Sequence record: NC_031043.1
Reading direction: 5' to 3' (one strand)
Length of the DNA: 64,000 nt
The notes under the pieces are model-generated. The model saw nothing but the letters and a program-made list of their open reading frames with translations, was not told the origin of the DNA and searched no databases. The translations under genes were made by a program, and so were the position numbers. Shown here piece by piece: positions 37,468-46,590 of this stretch (the first letter of the stretch is position 1; every line of letters begins with the position of its first letter).

Positions 37468-38487
37468 ATGAAACAATATTTGGAATTAATGAGTAAGGTT
37501 TTAAATGAAGGCGTTGTTAAAGGCGACCGTACTGGCACTGGTACGTTGTCTCTGTTTGGGCATCAAATGCGTTTTAATTTGGCTGAAGGTTTTCCTCTGG
37601 TCACTACTAAGCGCTGTCACCTCCGTTCTATTATTCATGAACTCCTTTGGTTCCTGAAAGGGGATACCAATACCCAGTACCTGAAAGATAACGGCGTCAC
37701 TATCTGGAATGAGTGGGAAAACGAGAACGGTGACTTAGGACCGGTATACGGAAAGCAGTGGCGGTCTTGGCCCGAAACCCGTGCTGTGCCTTACGAGCAG
37801 TTCAACGAATTAACCGCTGCAGGCTATGAAGACCTCGATGCCGCGACGTGGAGTATGGATGAAAATTGCACACTTTACTTTGTTCAGAAAACCATTGACC
37901 AAATCTCCAAGGTCATTGACCAGTTGAAAAACGACCCAGATAACCGACGCATTATTGTCAGTGCATGGAACGTTGCCGACCTCGACGATATGGCCTTAGC
38001 GCCATGCCATGCGTTCTTCCAGTTCTACACCCGTGAACTGTCGCTTATCGAACGCTCTCGATTAAACGGAGGGGGTGACGATGGGGATTACTACCGCTTC
38101 CTCAACGCTAAGCATCAGGAGCAAGAGCATGATGAGTTTGACGATTTAGGCGTCCCACGCCGTATCCTGTCCTGTCAACTCTACCAACGTAGCGCGGACG
38201 TGTTCTTAGGTGTGCCGTTCAATATCGCGTCGTACGCTCTGCTGGTTCACATGTTTGCACAACAAGCCAACATGGCCGTGGGCGACTTCGTCTGGACGGG
38301 TGGTGACGTACATCTGTATTCCAACCATCTGGAACAGACACGTACTCAGCTAGGACGCACTCCGCGCACATTACCTAAATTGGTTATCAACCGTAAGCCT
38401 GACTCTATCTTCGACTATAAGTTTGAAGACTTCGAGATTGAGGACTACGAGCCTTACCCCGCCATTAAAGCGCCGGTGGCGATATGA
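37468..38487 (+). CDS. thyA: Thymidylate synthase
   Basis: DRTGTG, ELLWFL, LAPCH (catalytic Cys), [18 protein letters not shown] (Asn indicates dUMP specificity), and C-terminal IKAPVAI as in E. coli; two insertions. Confidence 0.97.
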   Translation: MKQYLELMSKVLNEGVVKGDRTGTGTLSLFGHQMRFNLAEGFPLVTTKRCHLRSIIHELLWFLKGDTNTQYLKDNGVTIWNEWENENGDLGPVYGKQWRSWPETRAVPYEQFNELTAAGYEDLDAATWSMDENCTLYFVQKTIDQISKVIDQLKNDPDNRRIIVSAWNVADLDDMALAPCHAFFQFYTRELSLIERSRLNGGGDDGDYYRFLNAKHQEQEHDEFDDLGVPRRILSCQLYQRSADVFLGVPFNIASYALLVHMFAQQANMAVGDFVWTGGDVHLYSNHLEQTRTQLGRTPRTLPKLVINRKPDSIFDYKFEDFEIEDYEPYPAIKAPVAI

Positions 38488-38759
38488 ACCAGTCCACTTC
38501 AAAAAATCGTTCTCAGCAAGCTAGGCACGGCATCACGATTCGCTTAGCTAAAAAAGATGCCATGGCTAAAGGAGATTATTTCTCCCAAGAACAATGGGAA
38601 GCTCTTAAACAGCTCCGCCCAGAGTTGTCTGGTTCTTCACTGGCACAGTTAGCGCTGGTAGAATACGCTAAGAATCTTCCGGATATCCTTATTAAGGAGC
38701 AGGAGCAAGAATTGGAAAGGCTTCGCGCCCTCAAGCAGTTCTTACACACCGCGGAGTAA
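38484..38759 (+). CDS. Small protein, possible ribbon-helix-helix DNA-binding protein
   Basis: ITIRL strand followed by two helices ([11 protein letters not shown]). Confidence 0.4.
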   Translation: MNQSTSKNRSQQARHGITIRLAKKDAMAKGDYFSQEQWEALKQLRPELSGSSLAQLALVEYAKNLPDILIKEQEQELERLRALKQFLHTAE

Positions 38760-38761
38760 GT

Positions 38762-38953
38762 ATGTCTAGTGATAGACCACCGCAGGAGCTCTTAGATGAG
38801 ATTCTTGCTGACTTTAAAGAGCGTGGGCTTGAAGAAGTTACTATCCACCACATGGGTTCGCATATCCACGTCTCTGCGATTAACGTGAAACGTAAACGTG
38901 TGGTCAATGCCTTCGCCAGAACGGAGTATAAAAAGCGATGGGGAATGAATTAA
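38762..38953 (+). CDS. Small hypothetical protein
   Basis: SD ggag; coupled to neighbours. Confidence 0.65.
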   Translation: MSSDRPPQELLDEILADFKERGLEEVTIHHMGSHIHVSAINVKRKRVVNAFARTEYKKRWGMN

Positions 38954-39669
38954 AGAATGTTGCGAAACGAGATGCGGGCGGTAAGCTGTATTATCCTGTT
39001 ACGTTGATTGACAGTGATGGCTACTTTGCTATTAACCGTATTAATTACCGTTTGGATGCTACCAGACTAAAAGATTTCACTGCCTTCACTCGCAAGCAAC
39101 TGTATGTTGAGTTAGAACATCCAGTGAACGAGCCGCTGGAGCTTAACGACAGACATAAATGTATTGCGATTGAAAATGTGATTGGTAGCCTTGAGCATAT
39201 CGACATTGATATCCGTGGATTCCGTGACTTCTCAGTTAAAGCGCGGTTCTATCCGAACCCTAAGCTGCCGGAAAGTATTCATCAGTGCTTCCGAGATGGA
39301 AAAGCTGGACTGGGGATACGCGCTACCCTCGACCTTAAAAATAATATTGAAGATATTATTACGTGGGACTTAATCGTTTCCCCTGAACCGATATTCCCAC
39401 CATTAGTGGGCGAACGTCCTCCGGTTAATGAAACTGTCTTCGTCAGTTCGAACCGCGGCTTTACGTGGTTCCCAGCCCAGTTCCTTTGGATTGGTGAGAA
39501 GTCTTTCGTCTGGCGGAACATGGTGCCGGGCGCTCGTGCTGATGGGGAAATAACCCACAACGGACATTACACGTACTTCTTGTGGGCTTCTGCACCTGAC
39601 TGGTTAGAGCTGGCCAAGTATCAGGGGGACGAGCGTCCAGATTATCTTCGCAGTAGGAGCGATAAATAA
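38938..39669 (+). CDS. Prohead-protease-like protein (phiKZ gp175/T4 gp21 fold), probably inactive
   Basis: YVELEHP, ENV...LEHI, GLGIRA (Ser absent) and ITWDLIVSP. Confidence 0.55.
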   Translation: MGNELKNVAKRDAGGKLYYPVTLIDSDGYFAINRINYRLDATRLKDFTAFTRKQLYVELEHPVNEPLELNDRHKCIAIENVIGSLEHIDIDIRGFRDFSVKARFYPNPKLPESIHQCFRDGKAGLGIRATLDLKNNIEDIITWDLIVSPEPIFPPLVGERPPVNETVFVSSNRGFTWFPAQFLWIGEKSFVWRNMVPGARADGEITHNGHYTYFLWASAPDWLELAKYQGDERPDYLRSRSDK

Positions 39670-40196
39670 TGGCTGAAAATAATATCGTGGGGTTTAAACC
39701 ACGACCTGCAACCGAATCCAAAAGTGAGCCTGTGGAACCAAGTGAAGTTGCTGAGTTCTCCCGTCACGATACTGGGCGCCTTGAATTCCCACAACCGGAC
39801 GGTGGGGTCATGAACCTTATCTTCTCGATGGACGAGGCGGATTGGTGGGCATCTCTCGCAGCACGTATGCATGTTACCATGCCGCAGGGGCCATACGGCC
39901 GTGTATTCGTATCGTTGAACGCTATCGACCATTTTACAACTAAGCTCTATCCTTTGCGTAAGCGGGTGTTGGAATTAACTCTCACCCGTCCGCAGTTTGA
40001 GCAGTTTGTTGAAGGCGTTCCTTTCTTCGTACTGGAAACCTCCGCACGAACGTGTCAACTGAGTGTCGCCGAGGATTTACTCAAACGCGCAGAAGACACT
40101 ATCGCTGCAACCCAGATTGACTCTGAGTTATCGTCGGCTATTTTCTTACAGCAGCTGAACGAAAACGATTTCCGTTTAACGTATATTGAGCAGTAA
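39669..40196 (+). CDS. Hypothetical protein
   Basis: TAATG coupling. Confidence 0.75.
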   Translation: MAENNIVGFKPRPATESKSEPVEPSEVAEFSRHDTGRLEFPQPDGGVMNLIFSMDEADWWASLAARMHVTMPQGPYGRVFVSLNAIDHFTTKLYPLRKRVLELTLTRPQFEQFVEGVPFFVLETSARTCQLSVAEDLLKRAEDTIAATQIDSELSSAIFLQQLNENDFRLTYIEQ

Positions 40197-40205
40197 GGAC
40201 AGATA

Positions 40206-40499
40206 ATGAAAGAACGTAATGGCGTAGTAGATAACTCGCACCTCTCAGCCCGCGCCTCCGGTGTGTCTCTGACCGGTGACCCGATTGAACCTGCATGGAG
40301 AACTATTAAAGGTGAAGAACGGGAAGCCCTACAGAAAGCTGACCCTAAACTTCAGGGTCGTGGTGAAATGGGTTGTCTGACTACGCTCGATGAACCGGCG
40401 TTTGCTATCCCGGGTCTCGACCCTGACGCAGTTGCACCAGAAGGTGTGGATGCTGGTCTCGACGAAGGTGGTTGTGAGAGTGGCGCATGCAAACTTTAG
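40206..40499 (+). CDS. 97-aa protein ending in an NrdA-like redox tail (CESGACKL)
   Basis: SD taagga; C-terminus DAGLDEGGCESGACKL versus E. coli NrdA ...SIQDDGCESGACKI. Confidence 0.75.
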   Translation: MKERNGVVDNSHLSARASGVSLTGDPIEPAWRTIKGEEREALQKADPKLQGRGEMGCLTTLDEPAFAIPGLDPDAVAPEGVDAGLDEGGCESGACKL

Positions 40500-40933
40500 C
40501 ATTTACTGATTACTCTCGAAAGGTAGCCCCCGACCCAAAGCAGTGCACGTTCTACGGGACTAAGCGTGAGGTTCTCACAGAAGAGCAGCACATCGATATC
40601 CCGTGGTTCTGCTTTAAGTACGTAGGCGGAAAAACCTTTACGCAGCGTATTATCGTATCCGCAGCGATGCGCTATAAAGAGCTGGGCTTAGTTCTGCCCT
40701 GTGCCCGTCATTATAGTGCTGACTTATCACGCACCTTAGACCGCCTTATTGAGCTGGGGGTGATGAAGGATAAGAAAACCCAAGTGGTCGGCGAAGACCA
40801 AGGTTTCATTGATAACTTTGGTGATTACTGGAACCGCGCACAGGCCCTGCATATCGCAAAGTGTGCTGGGCAGTTGGAAGGCCGGGATAAAACCGGCGGT
40901 GAAGACGAATTGTATTCCGAAGACCTTTACTAA
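40487..40933 (+). CDS. Conserved phage hypothetical protein (QGFID...A...AGQ...LYSEDLY family)
   Basis: Motif pattern recalled from many phage hypothetical proteins; function unknown. Confidence 0.7.
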   Translation: MQTLAFTDYSRKVAPDPKQCTFYGTKREVLTEEQHIDIPWFCFKYVGGKTFTQRIIVSAAMRYKELGLVLPCARHYSADLSRTLDRLIELGVMKDKKTQVVGEDQGFIDNFGDYWNRAQALHIAKCAGQLEGRDKTGGEDELYSEDLY

Positions 40934-40952
40934 CTTTAAAATGGAAAAGACC

Positions 40953-41822
40953 ATGACCGTAGAAGCAATCAAAGTTTTTCAAGTACCTGTAAAACACAAA
41001 GTCATCAAATTCGCTACCACGGATGACAAACTTGTCCATGTTGTTAATAAGTGGTCGCAGAGAATGTTTGAGGGTCTGTCGGGCCCTGGCGTTCAGTTAG
41101 AGTCGATTCAAGAAATCTCCCTTACTGGCAAAACTCTGCGCGTGGTCGGTACTGAACGTATTAACGGGGAAGTCTGGTTCTGGATGCCTGCGAGTGCAAT
41201 CGACTGCGGCTATGAAGTGATTGGGGAAAAGGAATACCCTCGCGATGTTCCACTGTTCTCTATTCGTGAGTGTGTAGAGAACGTACTGGCGTGGTCTTCG
41301 GCTCGTGGTATTCTCGATAACGGCGTCTGGTACACACAAGGTACTAAGTTGTACGAAGAAGATGGCGAAGCTGCTACCGGGGTCGGCAAGAACAAACATC
41401 CGCTTATCATGGATGGTATCGGCGATGCAATCGTTGTGCTGGTGAACCTGATGGAACTGACTGGCTACGAAGCCATGGAAATCGCTTGTCATGTCCACGC
41501 GGCTCAGAACGAAGAAGCGCCTGCAGGTAACAGCCATTACCTGTTCCACAAAATGCGTTTCCACATCACTAACGCGATTGATTACCTCTGGGATGAAGCG
41601 GGTATCGATTCGCCGAAAAAGCTGGACTTCAAATCGATTGAGAACAGCGTATGTACCTGCATTGAATATCATTACGAACAGATGCTGTCATACGCTAACG
41701 CTCTGGCGAATGCGTATGACATGACACTGGAGCAATGCTTCTCTCTGGCGTGGGATGAAATCAAAGACCGTAAAGGCTACTTAAACGCAGACGGTATTTT
41801 CATCAAAGAATCTGACGCGTAA
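40953..41822 (+). CDS. MazG-like NTP pyrophosphohydrolase with N-terminal extra domain and internal insertion
   Basis: W...RG, KLYEEDGE, DGIGDAIVVL and LEQC...AWDEIKDRKG...GIFIKE. Confidence 0.8.
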   Translation: MTVEAIKVFQVPVKHKVIKFATTDDKLVHVVNKWSQRMFEGLSGPGVQLESIQEISLTGKTLRVVGTERINGEVWFWMPASAIDCGYEVIGEKEYPRDVPLFSIRECVENVLAWSSARGILDNGVWYTQGTKLYEEDGEAATGVGKNKHPLIMDGIGDAIVVLVNLMELTGYEAMEIACHVHAAQNEEAPAGNSHYLFHKMRFHITNAIDYLWDEAGIDSPKKLDFKSIENSVCTCIEYHYEQMLSYANALANAYDMTLEQCFSLAWDEIKDRKGYLNADGIFIKESDA

Positions 41823-41835
41823 TAACAAAAACAAA

Positions 41836-41872
41836 TGGGTGATGCACTATGTGTCACCCACCTTTATTTTTT
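41836..41872 (+). terminator. Intrinsic terminator
   Basis: tgggtga...tcaccca stem followed by a T-run. Confidence 0.6.
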
Positions 41873-41885
41873 TGAGGATTCAACG

Positions 41886-43319
41886 ATGAACTTCATCATG
41901 GACTGGTATAGCCTCCTTACCTCATCATTAAAAGAATACCCAGCTTTACTGACCGCGTTCCTCACTGTAATGTCCGGTGGGTTGATGGCGGCAGTTGGTT
42001 TCGCTCTGGTCAGACTCCCGCGGGGGTTCGCTGATTTCTTCCGACGACAATGTATCACCACTCTGGTGTTCAACACCGCCTCCTCTGGCTGGTCTGATTA
42101 TAACCAGATGCAATACGTTGCCTTTATTAAGTGGTTCTCGAAAAACCGTTGGTTCGGTTGGTCGCGTACTATTACGTTTGATTCTGACGGCCGTAATGAC
42201 GGGGCTGGTGTGGGTCCGGGCATTGGGCGTCATTTCTTCTGGCATGGCTACCGCTTATTCATCTTCACGATTAGTGAGATGGACTCACAAGGTACTAACT
42301 CACAGAAGTATAAAGTGACCTTGTCCTGCGTAGGCCGCTCGAAGAAACCGATTTACGATGTGATGGAACAGTTCATGGTCAAACCCGACCGTGCTAACCG
42401 CATCGGCGTGTACCGTAACGGCACGGACGGCTGGAACTGGGTAACCTATGCAAACAAACGTTCACTCAGCTCGGTAATAATGTCGCCAGAGTTAGAAGAA
42501 GAGTTAGTCGGCAGTATGACAAACTTCCTGAATAACGAAGCGTGGTATCGTGAACGTGGCCTGAATTATAAGCTCACCTATTTACTGTACGGCCCTCCGG
42601 GGACGGGTAAGAGCACATTAGGTCGCGCACTGGCTTCGCACTTCAACCGCGACCTTTACATCCTGAGCCTGTCTGAATCTTCCGACATCTTTACTCTGCT
42701 GCAGAATGCTAAGGGTGGGATGGTGTTGATTGAAGATATCGATGGGTTCAGTGCGGCACGCAAGCGCACAAACAAAAAGAATCAGGTCGAATCACTCAAC
42801 ACCATTAAGTCTTCTGACCAGCCTATGAAGTTCGACGCGAAAGGAGAGCAGATAGCAGAGTCTGTATCGCCTTCTAAGAACCTCGAAGACATCATGGCTG
42901 AATGGGGCGGGATGACAACTTCATCGCTTCTCAATGCGTTAGACGGCGTTGTAGGGCTAGATGACGTTATCATTCTCCTGTCCACTAACCATCCTGAGAA
43001 ACTCGACGAAGCGTTAGTGCGTGATGGACGTGTTGACATCCGTGCAGAAGTCGGTTATCTGAATGACGCGGAGATTCGTCGTTACGTGAATATGTTCTTC
43101 CCGGATTATGTCGTCCCAGAAAGTATTCAGTTCTCATCGATGCCGGGTTGTACGGTGCAGAAACATTTCATGAACAACAAATACGATCCGGTTGCGTTTG
43201 TTGCTGATTTGGTAGAAGCGTCTGTTGGGGGTAATGTCGTCACTTCCCGACCACGTCCTGAAATGGCTTTTGTTGACTCGAAGTATCTGGTTGGCGAATC
43301 AATGAAGGAGGCGGGATAA
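41886..43319 (+). CDS. BCS1-like membrane AAA+ ATPase
   Basis: N-terminal TM, BCS1_N-like region, WYRERG..YK..YLLYGPPGTGKS, IEDID, LLNALDG and TNHPEKLDEALVRDGRVD. Confidence 0.85.
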   Translation: MNFIMDWYSLLTSSLKEYPALLTAFLTVMSGGLMAAVGFALVRLPRGFADFFRRQCITTLVFNTASSGWSDYNQMQYVAFIKWFSKNRWFGWSRTITFDSDGRNDGAGVGPGIGRHFFWHGYRLFIFTISEMDSQGTNSQKYKVTLSCVGRSKKPIYDVMEQFMVKPDRANRIGVYRNGTDGWNWVTYANKRSLSSVIMSPELEEELVGSMTNFLNNEAWYRERGLNYKLTYLLYGPPGTGKSTLGRALASHFNRDLYILSLSESSDIFTLLQNAKGGMVLIEDIDGFSAARKRTNKKNQVESLNTIKSSDQPMKFDAKGEQIAESVSPSKNLEDIMAEWGGMTTSSLLNALDGVVGLDDVIILLSTNHPEKLDEALVRDGRVDIRAEVGYLNDAEIRRYVNMFFPDYVVPESIQFSSMPGCTVQKHFMNNKYDPVAFVADLVEASVGGNVVTSRPRPEMAFVDSKYLVGESMKEAG

Positions 43320-43543
43320 TGGCTAAGTATATCAGCTGGACACTGGCAGAGTTTGTCATGTTCCTCGTTATCGGTGTGGGGTTACTCCTCGCTATCGTCC
43401 CTGCGCTAATGTTAATGGTTGGGTACTGCGTTGCAGATTTCATTGTAGACCGTAAAGCAGCCCACCGCGATGCAGCGCGTATCAAGTGGCGTGAGAGTCG
43501 TCGTGCAGCTGCACAACGTGCTTGTGGTAAGCGTCCTAACTAA
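43319..43543 (+). CDS. Small membrane protein with basic tail
   Basis: Long hydrophobic stretch; TAATG coupling to the AAA gene. Confidence 0.7.
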   Translation: MAKYISWTLAEFVMFLVIGVGLLLAIVPALMLMVGYCVADFIVDRKAAHRDAARIKWRESRRAAAQRACGKRPN

Positions 43544-43592
43544 GTCCTTCTGTATGAGACCACGTTCGTGGTGTTAATTAGAGGAAACACCC

Positions 43593-44081
43593 ATGGAAAG
43601 TATCGACTTGACTCAACTCGAGTCACACGATTACGACTTAAAAGTGCGAGATGAGTCAGGCGCTGATGCGAATACGTTGTTGTCTCGTTACCACGAGTTG
43701 TTCACTGGGGATAAGCTTGATGATGAGCATGTCTCCCGTTTTGAAAAACTGCTCGTCGGTTTGATTCACAACGATTCTGCCAACGCCGCAATGTTGACTG
43801 AACTGGGCTTCGCTACGGTTGAAGCATGTGACTTACAATCCATCCTGCAACAATCTATCGCACCTACTGATGACATTCAAGACCGTGCCATGGTTTTGCG
43901 TGGGCAATTGGAAGAACTCGCAGAAGACTACATGGAACAACTCGCTGGGTTGAACTGTGCTGGTCCGGCTGGCGAACCCTTACCTGATAATGAAGAGACT
44001 ACCTCGTATAAGCAGCGTTTAGCGTTGTTCGTGGTGGCGTCTTTGTTAACGGGTATCCCGGATGACCCAGAAGACGCGTAA
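43593..44081 (+). CDS. Acidic hypothetical protein
   Basis: SD gagga; TATG at about 43552. Confidence 0.8.
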   Translation: MESIDLTQLESHDYDLKVRDESGADANTLLSRYHELFTGDKLDDEHVSRFEKLLVGLIHNDSANAAMLTELGFATVEACDLQSILQQSIAPTDDIQDRAMVLRGQLEELAEDYMEQLAGLNCAGPAGEPLPDNEETTSYKQRLALFVVASLLTGIPDDPEDA

Positions 44082-44083
44082 AG

Positions 44084-44112
44084 TTTTTACAGATAGATAT
44101 TATCTGTATGAA
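44084..44112 (+). promoter_or_regulatory. Early promoter variant
   Basis: CAGATAGATATTATCTGTATGAA; near-identical to 32611-32633. Confidence 0.65.
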
Positions 44113-44147
44113 CCAATCGCATCAATCATTTAAAACGGAGTTATACC

Positions 44148-44486
44148 ATGCAAGAACTGATTAAGATTCTACCACTGCTGCCAGTTAAAGACGGCAAATC
44201 CGAACTGCGCATTCTGGAAGTAAAAGGTAGTGACTTCACTATTGTCGCTAACCCTAAAGCGGAAGTTGGTGGCTTGTCTGGCGTTCGCGAATTTACCATC
44301 GAATCCCCTACGCTCAAAGAGCTGGGTATTGGTAAAGGTGAAACCGCGTATATGGTCGCCTCAGAAAGTGAAGTGCCGGGGCAGGACAACTACCGCATCG
44401 AATTCCAACCAAAGGCTGCTAAGGTAGCTCAGGAATCTGTCGGTACTGGTCGTGCTGCCACTCCGAACTTCAGCATTCAGCGTTAA
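44148..44486 (+). CDS. Early hypothetical protein
   Basis: SD ggag; high-expression codons. Confidence 0.8.
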   Translation: MQELIKILPLLPVKDGKSELRILEVKGSDFTIVANPKAEVGGLSGVREFTIESPTLKELGIGKGETAYMVASESEVPGQDNYRIEFQPKAAKVAQESVGTGRAATPNFSIQR

Positions 44487-44548
44487 GCAGTAAACAGGTG
44501 GTCCTCGGGGCTGCCTGTTCTTTATTATTTTTTCGTGGAGTATTCAGA

Positions 44549-45052
44549 ATGACAACCGTGTTTGTTTGTAAGGACTTCATAGTCGCTGACCGTGTGTTAA
44601 CCCGGGGCGATGAAACCATCCATGCTGACTTTAAGAAACTGCACGTCAACAGTGAGAAGACCATTGCGATTGCGGTGGTGGGTAATGTGAACTTTCGCGA
44701 CCACCACAAAATGGTGGCTAAGCATTTCTTCGGTGTTATCAAGAAACGTTATACCAGCATACCGGCACCTGTCCTGACAAAGTCGGAGGCTGCGTTAATT
44801 GGGGATTTGCAATTATACGTGTTGACCGCAAAAGACGTGTTCGTGATTACCAAAGCAGAGAACGTCCAGTGGGTAGCGGACGGATTAACCGAAGGGGCAG
44901 GGACAGGCTACGCATTAGCGTGTGCGGCTTTCTCGCTGGGTGCTAAACCAGAACACATTGTTCCTCTTGTTTCCAAGATAGACCCGATGTCCTCGACTGC
45001 GTTTAACATCGCATATCGCGTCGACCTCAAACCGATCACCTTAAAGGCGTAA
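44549..45052 (+). CDS. HslV/proteasome-beta-like Ntn-hydrolase peptidase
   Basis: SD ggag; starts MTT (catalytic Thr after Met removal), then IVADR, KKL, GAGTGYAL and VSKIDPMSS. Confidence 0.7.
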   Translation: MTTVFVCKDFIVADRVLTRGDETIHADFKKLHVNSEKTIAIAVVGNVNFRDHHKMVAKHFFGVIKKRYTSIPAPVLTKSEAALIGDLQLYVLTAKDVFVITKAENVQWVADGLTEGAGTGYALACAAFSLGAKPEHIVPLVSKIDPMSSTAFNIAYRVDLKPITLKA

Positions 45053-45054
45053 TC

Positions 45055-45603
45055 ATGGATATTGCTGCGATTATTACCCAGAAAGAGTTGTTCATCCGTA
45101 ACGTTGCGTGGGCTGCAGGATTACCGCAACCCATTAACTTGGACATTTGCTATACACCATTCGGGTTTGTTTTTCCGACGAACAATTACCAGCCTGTACT
45201 TGACGCAATAAATACAAAACAGGCCGATGCTATGCCGACGGGAGCTATACGTTGGGCAGTCTTAGGACATGACAACGTACTACGTTATGGCCGTATAAAT
45301 AATGAGTGGTGGACACTTAACATCGTGCCTGACACCCAACGCTTCTATTGCTTAGCAGATGAGGCGGAGACACATTACCTGACGTCTATGATTCATTTGA
45401 TGTCCAGTGGGTTAATCGAACCTGAAATGGCTTTAACCGATACTGCCCCGCAGCTGATACGTAGACTGAAGAAACATTGGCCGATGGTTGGTGACTTCCT
45501 GAAATTTAAACGGTCAGATGTTCTGGCCGAGTTACACAAACGATTCCCTAACCCTGAAGAAATTTATTTCCATTCCCAATTTACGAGTGTATTAAAAGAT
45601 TAA
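45055..45603 (+). CDS. Hypothetical protein
   Basis: Operon coupling. Confidence 0.75.
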   Translation: MDIAAIITQKELFIRNVAWAAGLPQPINLDICYTPFGFVFPTNNYQPVLDAINTKQADAMPTGAIRWAVLGHDNVLRYGRINNEWWTLNIVPDTQRFYCLADEAETHYLTSMIHLMSSGLIEPEMALTDTAPQLIRRLKKHWPMVGDFLKFKRSDVLAELHKRFPNPEEIYFHSQFTSVLKD

Positions 45604-45604
45604 C

Positions 45605-46342
45605 ATGGCTAAATCTAAATCCCCCCGCAAAAAGAAACCTGCTAAACCTAACCATGGCGCGCGTCACATTGTACTGGCAATTAAAGCAGCGTATAACAAG
45701 CTGTTCTTCTTAGGCTCCTCGAACCTGCCTATTACCGCTATGCGCACTAACACGCTGCGCGCTCATTTAAAACCTGCTGATGTGGAGATAGCCATCCCGA
45801 CGTTACTGGACGAGCTGCGTTTCTTCCCGCGCGACTGGCATATCTGGGTTGGCGCCTTCTGTGAAAATGGTGAAGAGCGTTGGGTGGAAACTTCCATCAG
45901 TAAGATGCCTCAGTTCGTGGTCAGTGACTTCTCTGATAACGCGGAGTCTATCGTTCGTGGGGTAATGGAAACAGAGAACCTCGAACACATGGTCGGGTAT
46001 GCGTACATGGTCGCCCCTAACGACTATTACAACATGGAAGTCATGAATGATGAGCTGTGCGACAAGTGGGTTGATGCGAATATCTACGATAAGTCCACAC
46101 ATCTCTCAGCAGACCTCCTCAAACTGCGTGAGAACGACTTAGCAGCCGCGTTCATGGGTTTGCCGGGTTATGTCGCGCAATCGCGTGAGAAGATTGTACA
46201 GAAGACTATTGAGAACCTCGAAAAGAAAGGTATCAAAGTTGATAAAGCGTATGTCGACTCCAAGTTCAATCAACAAGATATCGTGGACGCCCTCGTATCG
46301 GCAGGACGTCAATTCAATCCGTTTGAAGGAGAAACGTTATAA
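45605..46342 (+). CDS. Hypothetical protein with basic N-terminal arm
   Basis: MAKSKSPRKKKP; coupled to neighbours. Confidence 0.8.
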   Translation: MAKSKSPRKKKPAKPNHGARHIVLAIKAAYNKLFFLGSSNLPITAMRTNTLRAHLKPADVEIAIPTLLDELRFFPRDWHIWVGAFCENGEERWVETSISKMPQFVVSDFSDNAESIVRGVMETENLEHMVGYAYMVAPNDYYNMEVMNDELCDKWVDANIYDKSTHLSADLLKLRENDLAAAFMGLPGYVAQSREKIVQKTIENLEKKGIKVDKAYVDSKFNQQDIVDALVSAGRQFNPFEGETL

Positions 46343-46590
46343 TGGAAAACGAACAGCCTGTCTTCCCGGTGTACAATGAACCCTCCAATCCAGAATTTGC
46401 TATTGCGCACCAGCGAATGTACAACCTGGCTCGTGAGAAACAAGTCAGCTATGAGTTACACTACTCGGAAGTGGAGGACTCTTGGTACGTTGTGGTCAGT
46501 AGCTGCGCCCAATCTGAAAACCTTATCACCAAGACACGTTCTTTATCCCTTGTGATGGACGTCGCCATTAAGCATCTCGAAGCACTTTAA
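46342..46590 (+). CDS. Small hypothetical protein
   Basis: SD aaggag; TAATG coupling. Confidence 0.75.
   Translation: MENEQPVFPVYNEPSNPEFAIAHQRMYNLAREKQVSYELHYSEVEDSWYVVVSSCAQSENLITKTRSLSLVMDVAIKHLEAL

Noticed and set aside
37468-38487. Possible dCMP hydroxymethylase or base-modification enzyme
   Set aside because: It has Asn in the PFN motif and E. coli-like termini, so it is a canonical dUMP thymidylate synthase. No glycosyltransferase or other modification genes were recognised.
40809-40952. ORF-track N-terminal extension of the MazG-like gene / possible frameshift fusion
   Set aside because: It overlaps the upstream gene in another frame; there is no slippery-site evidence and a downstream ATG fits better.
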